Positions 1 to 7,439 of a stretch of 37,173 nucleotides of DNA are shown here, piece after piece. This DNA comes from Pseudomonadota bacterium (GTDB taxonomy: Bacteria > Pseudomonadota > Gammaproteobacteria > Pseudomonadales > Azotimanducaceae), in the NCBI GenBank assembly GCA_027621895.1, contig JAQCAK010000001.1, positions 1 to 37,173 on the forward strand, read 5' to 3'. The position numbers and the translations under genes are program-made. Below the pieces are notes generated by a model, which was not told the DNA's origin, did not search any database, and saw nothing but the letters and a program-made list of their open reading frames with translations. Within the stretch, counting starts at the first letter, position 1. Every line of letters begins with the position of its first letter.

Positions 1-1
1 T

Positions 2-2218
2 ATGGACGGAGATGTCTCTCCCCTCCTCGACTCAATGAACGAACGCCAGCGGGAAGCGGTGGCCGCGCCCCGGGGCAGTGCGCTGGTACTCGCGGGTGCT
101 GGCAGTGGTAAAACCCGGGTGCTGGTGCATCGTATCGCCTGGTTGATTCAGACCGAGGGTCTCTCTCCATTCAGCATCCTGGCGGTGACCTTTACCAACA
201 AGGCCGCAGCAGAAATGCGGGGCCGCATCGAACAGTTGCTGTCACTGCCTGCCCGGGGTATGTGGGTTGGTACTTTTCATGGCATCGCCCATCGCCTGCT
301 TCGGGCTCACTACCAGGAAGCGAAACTGCCGCAGAACTTCCAGATACTCGATGGAGATGATCAGCTGCGGCTGGTCAAGCGGGGGATCGCCAGCCTCGAG
401 ATTGATGAAAAAAAATGGCCGGCCAGACAGGCCGTCTGGTGGATTAACAGCCAGAAAGACGAGGGCCTGCGACCGGAGCATATCGAGGATTACGGTGACC
501 TGTACCTGCAGACCCATCTGCAGATCTATCGTGCCTACGAGGATGCCTGTCGCCGGGGCGGGATGGTGGATTTTGCTGAACTCCTGTTGCGCGCCCATGA
601 ACTCTGGCTGAAGAATCCCACGATTCTGAAACACTACCAGGATCGCTTTGCCGCCCTGCTGGTGGACGAGTTTCAGGATACCAACACGATCCAGTATGCA
701 TGGCTCAGGGTACTGGCGGGTGACAAGGACAACCTCATGGTGGTGGGTGATGATGACCAGTCGATCTATGGCTGGCGGGGTGCCCGCATTGAAAATATTC
801 AGCAGTTCACCAGGGATTTTCCGAATGCGGTAACGATCCGTCTTGAGCAGAACTATCGCTCGACTTCCAACATTCTGAAGGCGGCCAACGGTCTCATTGA
901 TAACAATGCCGGGCGACTTGGCAAGGAACTCTGGACTGAACTGGGTGAAGGTGACCAGGTTCAGCTCTATGGTGGCTACAACGAGATTGATGAAGCCCGT
1001 TTCATTGTCGAGCGAATAAAGTCCTGGGTCGATGAAGGCAACTGCTATTCAGAAGCGGCCATACTCTACCGGTCCAACGCCCAGTCCCGTGTCCTGGAAG
1101 AAGCGCTGTTGCGCGCCCAGATGCCCTATCGCATTTACGGGGGTCAGCGCTTTTTTGAACGGGCGGAAATTCGCAATGTGCTGGCCTACATGCGGCTGAT
1201 CTCACACCGGGATGCTGATGCTGCATTTGAACGGGTGATCAACACGCCGACCCGGGGAATCGGTGAAAAAAGTGTCGCCGAGATTCGTGCCATGGCAAGA
1301 GCAGAGGGTATAGCTCTCTGGCAGGCGGCCAGAAAGATTGTCGATAACCAGTTGATGTCTGGCAGGGCACGCAACGCCATCGGTGCGTTTCTTGACCTGA
1401 TCGATGCCCTGGACGACAAGACCGTTGAATCCGACCTGAGCGAACTGGTTGAGACCGTGATCGAGGAATCAGGTCTGCGTGATTTCCACAGGAAAGAAGG
1501 GGGCGAACGGGGCCAGGCCCGGTTGGAGAACATGGCGGAACTGGTGACCGCTGCAAAAACCTTCAATCCCGCAGATGACTATGTCTTTGACGGGGAAGAC
1601 GCGACTGGCGCGATGGAGGAATTGACGATTCTGGATGAATTCCTGGCGCATGCTGCGCTGGAAGCCGGAGAAGGCCAGGGAAATCCGAATGACGACTGTG
1701 TGCAGTTGATGACCATGCACAGCGCCAAGGGTCTGGAGTTCCCGCTGGTCTTCCTTGCCGGGATGGAAGACGGTCTGTTTCCTCACATGATGTCCATGGA
1801 AGAACCGGGTCGGTTGGAAGAAGAAAGACGCCTCTGCTATGTGGGTGTGACCCGAGCCATGAAACGGCTCTACCTCACCTACGCTGAATCCAGGAGAATA
1901 CACGGCAATGAGACCATGAACCGGCCGTCCCGGTTCATCAGCGAAATGCCGGAAGAGGTGATCCAGGAAGTCAGGCTGAACAGCACAGTCGTGATGCCGA
2001 CAGCCGCCAGCACCATGCGAACGATGAGGTATGACGGATCCGCTGTCACCGGAACGGACCTGAAGCTGGGTCAGCGGGTTTTCCACGAGAAGTTTGGTGA
2101 AGGTGTGGTCATGAGCTACGAGGGTTCGGGTTCATCGGCCCGGGTTCAGATCAATTTTTCTGACGTCGGATCCAAGTGGCTGGTGATGGCCTACGCGAAC
2201 CTCAAACCCGTGGGGTAA
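2..2218 (+). CDS. uvrD: DNA helicase II UvrD (UvrD/Rep family)
   Basis: 738-aa ORF, colinear with remembered E. coli UvrD from the first residues (LLDSMNERQREAV). It carries Walker A AGAGSGKTRVL plus VDEFQDTN, GDDDQSIYGWRGA, EQNYRS, MTMHSAKGLEF and VGVTRA. The ATG at 2-4 suggests the CDS is complete. Confidence 0.97.
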   Translation: MDGDVSPLLDSMNERQREAVAAPRGSALVLAGAGSGKTRVLVHRIAWLIQTEGLSPFSILAVTFTNKAAAEMRGRIEQLLSLPARGMWVGTFHGIAHRLLRAHYQEAKLPQNFQILDGDDQLRLVKRGIASLEIDEKKWPARQAVWWINSQKDEGLRPEHIEDYGDLYLQTHLQIYRAYEDACRRGGMVDFAELLLRAHELWLKNPTILKHYQDRFAALLVDEFQDTNTIQYAWLRVLAGDKDNLMVVGDDDQSIYGWRGARIENIQQFTRDFPNAVTIRLEQNYRSTSNILKAANGLIDNNAGRLGKELWTELGEGDQVQLYGGYNEIDEARFIVERIKSWVDEGNCYSEAAILYRSNAQSRVLEEALLRAQMPYRIYGGQRFFERAEIRNVLAYMRLISHRDADAAFERVINTPTRGIGEKSVAEIRAMARAEGIALWQAARKIVDNQLMSGRARNAIGAFLDLIDALDDKTVESDLSELVETVIEESGLRDFHRKEGGERGQARLENMAELVTAAKTFNPADDYVFDGEDATGAMEELTILDEFLAHAALEAGEGQGNPNDDCVQLMTMHSAKGLEFPLVFLAGMEDGLFPHMMSMEEPGRLEEERRLCYVGVTRAMKRLYLTYAESRRIHGNETMNRPSRFISEMPEEVIQEVRLNSTVVMPTAASTMRTMRYDGSAVTGTDLKLGQRVFHEKFGEGVVMSYEGSGSSARVQINFSDVGSKWLVMAYANLKPVG

Positions 2219-2308
2219 ACTGGCGCTGGCACTGGCAATGGCCTGGACAGCCCCCAGGGGGTGTCGGCTGTGCTGAAGAATCGAAATTTAACCCAAGGTA
2301 AACAGACT

Positions 2309-3397
2309 ATGCTGTTAAGAATGACCGCCCTAATTCTCACTCTCACAGTTGCCGCCTGTGGTGGCGAGCAGACGGCTGCAACTGCCGGTGCAGCGGCAAC
2401 TTCCCAGGAGGTCTACAAGTGGAGCATGGTCACAACCTGGCCGAAGAACCTGCCCGGTATGGGTATCGCACCTGAAACCATTGCCAAAAAAGTGAAGGAG
2501 ATGAGCAATGGTCGCCTGGTCATCAAGGTTTACGGTGCCGGCGAAGTTGTGGGTCCGATGGAAGTCTTCGATGCGGTGTCTCTCGGCACGGTGCAGATGG
2601 GTCATGGCGCCGCCTACTACTGGAAAGGGAAAGATCCCGCGACCCAGTTTTTCACAGCGGTGCCGTTTGGCCTGACCGCACAGGAAATGAATGGCTGGCT
2701 CCTGCATGGCGGCGGTCTTGAACTCTGGCGGGAACTCTATGCGCAGTACGATCTGGTGCCCTTTCCCGCGGGTAACACCGGGGTGCAGATGGCAGGCTGG
2801 TTCAACAAGGAAATCAATTCCCTGGATGATATGAAAGGTCTGAAGATGCGGATTCCCGGTCTGGGCGGTGAGGTCTTTGAACGGTTGGGTGGCACGGCAG
2901 TCAGTATGGCGGGTGGCGACATATACACCAGCATGCAGACCGGTGTCATTGACGCAACCGAATGGGTGGGACCATACAACGATCTGGCATTCGGACTGCA
3001 CCAGGTTGCGAAGTACTACTATTATCCCGGATGGCAGGAACCTGGACCCAACCTGGAACTCATTGTTAACAAGGATGCCTGGGACACCCTGCCGGACGAC
3101 CTGAAGGCCATAGTGGAAAACGCGGCCCTGGCGGTCAACGCAGACCTGCTTGCGGAGTACACAGCGCGTAACAATGCAGCGCTGCGGGAACTGGTCGATG
3201 AGCACGGGGTGCAACTACGTCGATTGCCGGACGATGTGCTGAAGGAACTGCAGGTCATCTCGGAAGAGCTGACCGCGAAAGCCATTGATCGTGACAGCGA
3301 TCTTGCCAGGCGAATCTACGAGTCTTTCAAGCAGTATCAGAAGGACGTTGTGGCCTATCACGAAATTTCAGAGCGTGCCTATATCAATGCAAGATAG
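2309..3397 (+). CDS. TRAP transporter solute-binding protein (DctP type, FcbT1/COG4663-like), predicted lipoprotein
   Basis: The track ORF starts at GTG 2261. I prefer ATG 2309, which has AAGG upstream. That start gives MLLRMTALILTLTVAAC, a signal peptide with lipobox VAAC (Cys codon 2357-2359). The body has DctP-type motifs: WPKNLPG, YYWKGK, FTAVPFG, MAGWF, RIPGLGG, EWVGPY. Confidence 0.85.
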   Translation: MLLRMTALILTLTVAACGGEQTAATAGAAATSQEVYKWSMVTTWPKNLPGMGIAPETIAKKVKEMSNGRLVIKVYGAGEVVGPMEVFDAVSLGTVQMGHGAAYYWKGKDPATQFFTAVPFGLTAQEMNGWLLHGGGLELWRELYAQYDLVPFPAGNTGVQMAGWFNKEINSLDDMKGLKMRIPGLGGEVFERLGGTAVSMAGGDIYTSMQTGVIDATEWVGPYNDLAFGLHQVAKYYYYPGWQEPGPNLELIVNKDAWDTLPDDLKAIVENAALAVNADLLAEYTARNNAALRELVDEHGVQLRRLPDDVLKELQVISEELTAKAIDRDSDLARRIYESFKQYQKDVVAYHEISERAYINAR

Positions 3398-3432
3398 TGG
3401 CGGAAACTGGTATCCCGCTGCCCTGGTCCGCC

Positions 3433-4797
3433 TTACTGGTACAGCCGGTCCGGTAGCCAGGTGGCCAGATCCGGCAGAAATGCCAGCGTGACCAGCATTG
3501 CCAGCTGAATCAGGATGAAAGGCACCACACCCCGATAGATGTCCTGCGTTCTGACTTCTGCCGGCGCCACGCCCCTGAGATAAAACAGCGCGAACCCGAA
3601 AGGCGGTGTCAGAAACGAGGTTTGCAGATTCAGTGCGATCATGACGCCCAGCCAGACCGGGTCGACCCCCATCGCCATCAGCACCGGCCCCACGATGGGG
3701 ACGACCACAAAGGTGATCTCGATAAAATCAAGGATGAAACCCAGCAGGAAGATCACCAGCATGACCACGAAGGTGGCTGCCATGGCGCCGCCTGGCAGGG
3801 AATGGAACATCTCGTGAACCAGTTCCTCACCACCATAGCCGCGGAATACGAGCGAAAACATCGAGGCACCGATCAGGATGAAAAACACCATGCAGGTTGT
3901 TTTGGTGGTGGAAAGGGCGATTTCGCGCAGTTGCGCGATCGATAGTGTCCCCCTGAACAGGGCGAGAATCAGAGCGCCGAGTGCGCCGACACCGGCAGCT
4001 TCCGTGGGTGTCGCGATACCTCCCAGGATAGAGCCGAGAACAGCCACGATCAGCAGCAGCGGTGGAAAAATACTGGCCAGCAGTTCGCCCGCGCTGACTT
4101 CGCCCTGCTCCACCGGCGGTGCCTTGTCGGGTTGAATCAGCGCCGTGACCGTGACAAAGATGGCGTACAGCACGACCAGTATCAGACCGGGAATGATGGC
4201 GCCTGCAAACAGATCGCCCACGGATACGGTTTTGGGGTTGAATATGCCCATCGAGAGCTGCGCCTGCTGGTAGGCATTGGACAGCACATCTCCAAGCAGC
4301 ACCAGGGCGATGGAAGGCGGAATGATCTGTCCCAGTGTCCCGGTCGCACAGATGGTGCCGGTTGCCAGAGGCACGTTGTATCTTGCTTTCAGCATGGCAG
4401 GCAATGACATCAAGCCCATGGTCACCACGGTCGCGCCAACTATCCCGGTGCTGGCAGCCATGAGCATTCCAACGATGGTCACAGAAAGACCGAGGCCGCC
4501 GGGCAGCCTGCCGAAAGCGCGACTCATGGAATCGAGTAACTGCTCTGCGATCCTGGACTTCTCGAGGGTCACACCCATCAGCACGAACAGGGGAACAGCC
4601 ACCAGCGTCTGGTTTGAAATGATGCTGAACAGCCGGTTAGGCATGGCCGTCATCAGTGCTGCATCAAAAGTACCGGTAGCGACACCGATGCCCGCGGCAA
4701 TCAGCGCAGTCCCTGCCAGTGACAGGGCCACCGGGTATCCCAGCAGCAGCACCAGGACCACAGCGATGAACAGGATGACAGGCGCAAATTCCATCAT
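3433..4797 (-). CDS. TRAP transporter large permease subunit (DctM family)
   Basis: 454-aa polytopic hydrophobic protein with the typical DctM N-terminus (MMEFAPVILFIAVVLVLLLGYPVALSL). Its start ATG overlaps the dctQ stop (ATGA at 4794-4797). Confidence 0.92.
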   Translation of the reverse strand: MMEFAPVILFIAVVLVLLLGYPVALSLAGTALIAAGIGVATGTFDAALMTAMPNRLFSIISNQTLVAVPLFVLMGVTLEKSRIAEQLLDSMSRAFGRLPGGLGLSVTIVGMLMAASTGIVGATVVTMGLMSLPAMLKARYNVPLATGTICATGTLGQIIPPSIALVLLGDVLSNAYQQAQLSMGIFNPKTVSVGDLFAGAIIPGLILVVLYAIFVTVTALIQPDKAPPVEQGEVSAGELLASIFPPLLLIVAVLGSILGGIATPTEAAGVGALGALILALFRGTLSIAQLREIALSTTKTTCMVFFILIGASMFSLVFRGYGGEELVHEMFHSLPGGAMAATFVVMLVIFLLGFILDFIEITFVVVPIVGPVLMAMGVDPVWLGVMIALNLQTSFLTPPFGFALFYLRGVAPAEVRTQDIYRGVVPFILIQLAMLVTLAFLPDLATWLPDRLYQ

Positions 4798-5306
4798 TGC
4801 CTGAGTCCTGCAAGCCTGGCGACGCCCTTCAGGATTTCTGCAATACCCTGCAGCAGCAATAGAAGAGCCATGACAGGAATCAGGGTCTTCATCAGGTAAA
4901 TGCCGGGTAATCCACCCGGCTGGCCTGAGGATTCCCGTAGCTTCCAGGCGAAATTCACATAGTCCAGACTGATCCAGAAGATAAACAAGCTGACCGGCAC
5001 CAGGAAAAAAAAGTGCCCGGCCATATCAACCAGGGTTTTTGTGCGCTCGGACATGCGCTCATAAAACACATCGACCCTGACGTGACCGCGTTCTTTCAGG
5101 GTGAATCCGATGCCCAGCATGAAAACCAGGCCATGCATGTACATCACGGATTCCTGCAGGGCGATAGAGCCGATGCTGAAGACATAGCGGGCCAGCACGA
5201 CAGCACAGGTGACCAGGACCATCGCGAGCGTGAGCCAGGCGATTCCCCGCCCGACCAGGTCACTGAGCTTTTCTATGATGTCAACGATCCGGTTGATCAT
5301 GCCCAC
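4794..5306 (-). CDS. TRAP transporter small permease subunit (DctQ family)
   Basis: About 170 aa with four hydrophobic segments, sitting immediately upstream of and overlapping dctM. The track start at 5306 is GTG. An ATG two codons downstream (5298-5300) is an equally plausible start. Confidence 0.85.
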   Translation of the reverse strand: MGMINRIVDIIEKLSDLVGRGIAWLTLAMVLVTCAVVLARYVFSIGSIALQESVMYMHGLVFMLGIGFTLKERGHVRVDVFYERMSERTKTLVDMAGHFFFLVPVSLFIFWISLDYVNFAWKLRESSGQPGGLPGIYLMKTLIPVMALLLLLQGIAEILKGVARLAGLRQ

Positions 5307-5363
5307 TGGCTAACTGAGACAATCGCGCGAGATATTAGCAGAATTGGGACAGCTCCAGAGGTC

Positions 5364-6233
5364 TCAGTCGTCAAAAAACCGGCTGTCATCCAATGCAGAT
5401 GTAAAAGCCTGTTTCAGCGCCAGATAGACGGGTCCCGGAGATTGCGGGATCTTTCTGCCTGAAACCTCCCTCACAGGGATCAGCTCTGCACCGGTGCCTG
5501 ACAGAAAGCATTCGTCTGCAACATAGATATCGTAGGGTGTGATCGACTTTTCCAGAAAGGGAATATCCAGTGTACCCGCCAGTTCGGCGAGAATGCCGCG
5601 GGTAATACCCTCCAGAGCACCATCTGTCACAGGTGGTGTGATGATCTTTCCAGACTGCACAATAAACAGGTTATCTGCTGTCCCTTCTGCAACATAACCG
5701 GCCCGATTCAGCACCACGGCTTCATCGGCCCCGGCATCATTGGCCTCCAGTCGAGCCATAATCTGGTTGAGGTAATTGAGACTCTTGATTCGCGCATCGA
5801 GCTGATCCCCGGCAAGTCGGCGTGTACTGGCAATAATCAATCGCGCACCCAGTTCCCGGACTGAGTCTGAAACCATGGACAGCTGGTCAGCAATCATGAC
5901 GACATTGCCTGCCTTGCAGTGTCTGGGATCAATGCCGAGAGGGCCGGAACCCCGGGTCACGATCAGTCGAATATATCCATCGCGGCAGTTCGACGCCTCA
6001 ATGAGCTGGTCCAGCGCAACATTCAAAGCTCCGGTCTCCATGGGCATGGGTATGGAAAGAGCCCGGGCGCTGTTCTTCAGGCGTTGCAGGTGAGCACCCC
6101 GTTTCAGAATACGCCCGTTGTAGAATCGCAGGCCTTCGAAGACGCCGTCACCATAGAGAAACCCGTGATCATTGACGGGGATATGGGCGTTTTCTGACGT
6201 GCACAAAACACCGTTGATAGAGCAGGCTTGCAT
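5364..6233 (-). CDS. Class IV (fold type IV) aminotransferase, branched-chain amino acid aminotransferase-like
   Basis: 289 aa. BCAT-type fingerprint LYGDGVFEGLRFY (Y..F.G.R) and GYIR. The putative catalytic Lys lies in ARIKSLNYLNQI, followed by EGTADNLF and GITR. There is a strong SD (AGGAG) before ATG 6233. I cannot tell whether this is the housekeeping ilvE or a dedicated paralogue. Confidence 0.85.
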   Translation of the reverse strand: MQACSINGVLCTSENAHIPVNDHGFLYGDGVFEGLRFYNGRILKRGAHLQRLKNSARALSIPMPMETGALNVALDQLIEASNCRDGYIRLIVTRGSGPLGIDPRHCKAGNVVMIADQLSMVSDSVRELGARLIIASTRRLAGDQLDARIKSLNYLNQIMARLEANDAGADEAVVLNRAGYVAEGTADNLFIVQSGKIITPPVTDGALEGITRGILAELAGTLDIPFLEKSITPYDIYVADECFLSGTGAELIPVREVSGRKIPQSPGPVYLALKQAFTSALDDSRFFDD

Positions 6234-6357
6234 TTTGGTCTCCTCTTGCTGGACCTTTCACATTGTTAAAAGAACAGTTGATCGTTGACAGACACAGGCG
6301 CTGGCCTTGCATGACGCGAATCCCGGCACAGTGAATCTGTGTGATGGCTCAGCAGTG

Positions 6358-7158
6358 TCATGCATCAGCATCGAAAACGTCCCGGAGCCGCGCATAGTCT
6401 TCGCCGAAGCGTGAAGTGACCGCCGGGTGCAGGAACCGGGTGACCTTGGTGATGTAAACATCGTGTTTGACGTAATCCTCGGCGACGGTGACGAAACTCT
6501 CGTTCCGCGACCAGGCGCCCTCTACCCGGCCATCCGCCAGGTAGTTTGCAATCGCCACGGTGGTGCTGTCTGACACCACCGTCAGGCCCCGGCCGCCCTT
6601 TTCCTGGTAAAGGGTCCTCTCGGCGGGATGATGGTAGGTGGCACCAATGCTGACCGCAGGTTCGCCAAAGTGCACCAGTGCGATTTTGACGCCCCGTTGC
6701 TCGGCGTCGCGTAATGCGGATTCGCTCCAGGCCAGCTCCTCCGGCCAGAGCGAGATGAGCAGGGTTCGGGATGCCTGATTGATCAGCTGCAGGACCCGGC
6801 CCTGTATCTCGGCATTGTCCATCAGTGGCCAGACAAGATTATTGCGCGTGGAGAGTGGCGCCTTCTGAAGTTCCGGCAGCAGGCTTTCAGTTTCATTAAT
6901 CGTGCTGGTCCTGATGCGTTCCATCAGGTCGGCAGGCTCCATGGCGAGATACTGGTGATTGCCTGCATCATCCGGATGCGACTGCAGGATACCCCGTTCC
7001 GTCAGTCGAGCCACGGTTTCGTAAATCTTGGAAGTCGGCAATCCTGCCTGCTTGGCAATTTCGTAGGCGCTGGCTGGCTGACAACTGAGCAGCGCCAGAT
7101 AGGCTTTCGCCTCGTTGGCCGTAAAGCCGAGCTGTTTAAGACGCTCAACAGTACCCAT
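6358..7158 (-). CDS. TrmB-family transcriptional regulator (N-terminal winged HTH; C-terminal about 160 aa unassigned)
   Basis: 266 aa. The N-terminus LKQLGFTANEAKAYLALLSCQPASAYEIAKQAGLPTSKIYETVARLTERGIL matches the TrmB-type wHTH pattern. An SD (GAGGG) precedes ATG 7158. Confidence 0.8.
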   Translation of the reverse strand: MGTVERLKQLGFTANEAKAYLALLSCQPASAYEIAKQAGLPTSKIYETVARLTERGILQSHPDDAGNHQYLAMEPADLMERIRTSTINETESLLPELQKAPLSTRNNLVWPLMDNAEIQGRVLQLINQASRTLLISLWPEELAWSESALRDAEQRGVKIALVHFGEPAVSIGATYHHPAERTLYQEKGGRGLTVVSDSTTVAIANYLADGRVEGAWSRNESFVTVAEDYVKHDVYITKVTRFLHPAVTSRFGEDYARLRDVFDADA

Positions 7159-7188
7159 TGAATTCCCTCTTCCGCGAACGATCGCTAG

Positions 7189-7206
7189 TAACTACCCAAG
7201 TAGTTA
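7189..7206. promoter_or_regulatory. Perfect 7-4-7 palindrome TAACTAC-CCAA-GTAGTTA, candidate operator in the leader of the TrmB-like gene
   Basis: Read directly from the sequence: arms at 7189-7195 and 7200-7206 are exact reverse complements. The palindrome lies between the predicted -10 (7223-7228) and the start codon (7158). Confidence 0.4.
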
Positions 7207-7222
7207 TTAAAATGCAGGCGGC

Positions 7223-7251
7223 ACTATAATGAAACCGATCGCATCGTGCAA
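7223..7251 (-). promoter_or_regulatory. Sigma70-type promoter for the TrmB-like regulator gene (TTGCAC-N17-TATAGT on the minus strand)
   Basis: Minus-strand -35 TTGCAC lies at 7246-7251 and -10 TATAGT at 7223-7228, separated by a 17-nt spacer. The element sits about 65 nt upstream of the start codon. Confidence 0.5.
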
Positions 7252-7439
7252 GCAGGGGCTATCTGTCCTGGACTTGTTTCCAGACTGCAACATAAAGCGG
7301 CTCGATACTGCCCCCGGGCGATGGTAAGCAGTGGTAAACAGCCCGGCAGACTTTCTATTAACCCAGCGACTTTTTGCCCGTCCGCGCGGGGGGTCAGGCA
7401 TGGCTCGGAAAGTGTTTTATAAGCTATTGAAATATAGGA

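Noticed and set aside
2246-2264. GC-rich hairpin (GACAGCCCC-CAG-GGGGTGTC) after uvrD.
   Set aside because: The stem is bulged with a minimal loop and no downstream U-tract. It could be a weak terminator, but support is insufficient to list it as a feature.
3399-3432. Inverted repeat GGCGGA ... TCCGCC in the convergent dctP/dctM junction, considered as a possible bidirectional terminator.
   Set aside because: It is only a 6-bp stem with a 22-nt unstructured loop and no flanking T or A tracts. That is too weak to call.
5005-5012. A8 homopolymer (T8 on the coding strand) inside dctQ, considered as a slipped-strand phase-variation tract. Similar A7-A8 runs lie at 405-412, 18503-18509 and 29360-29366.
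   Set aside because: The runs are short and simply encode Phe-Phe-Phe or Lys-Lys in conserved frames. Nothing suggests variation, and it cannot be assessed from one sequence.
7207-7401. 64-aa minus-strand ORF in the ubiA / TrmB-like intergenic region. Also a 32-codon plus-strand ORF starting at ATG 7229.
   Set aside because: Neither has an SD. The minus-strand ORF runs through the predicted promoter and has an Arg/Pro/Ser-rich random-looking composition. The plus-strand ATG overlaps the TATAAT box itself, so it cannot be downstream of that promoter.
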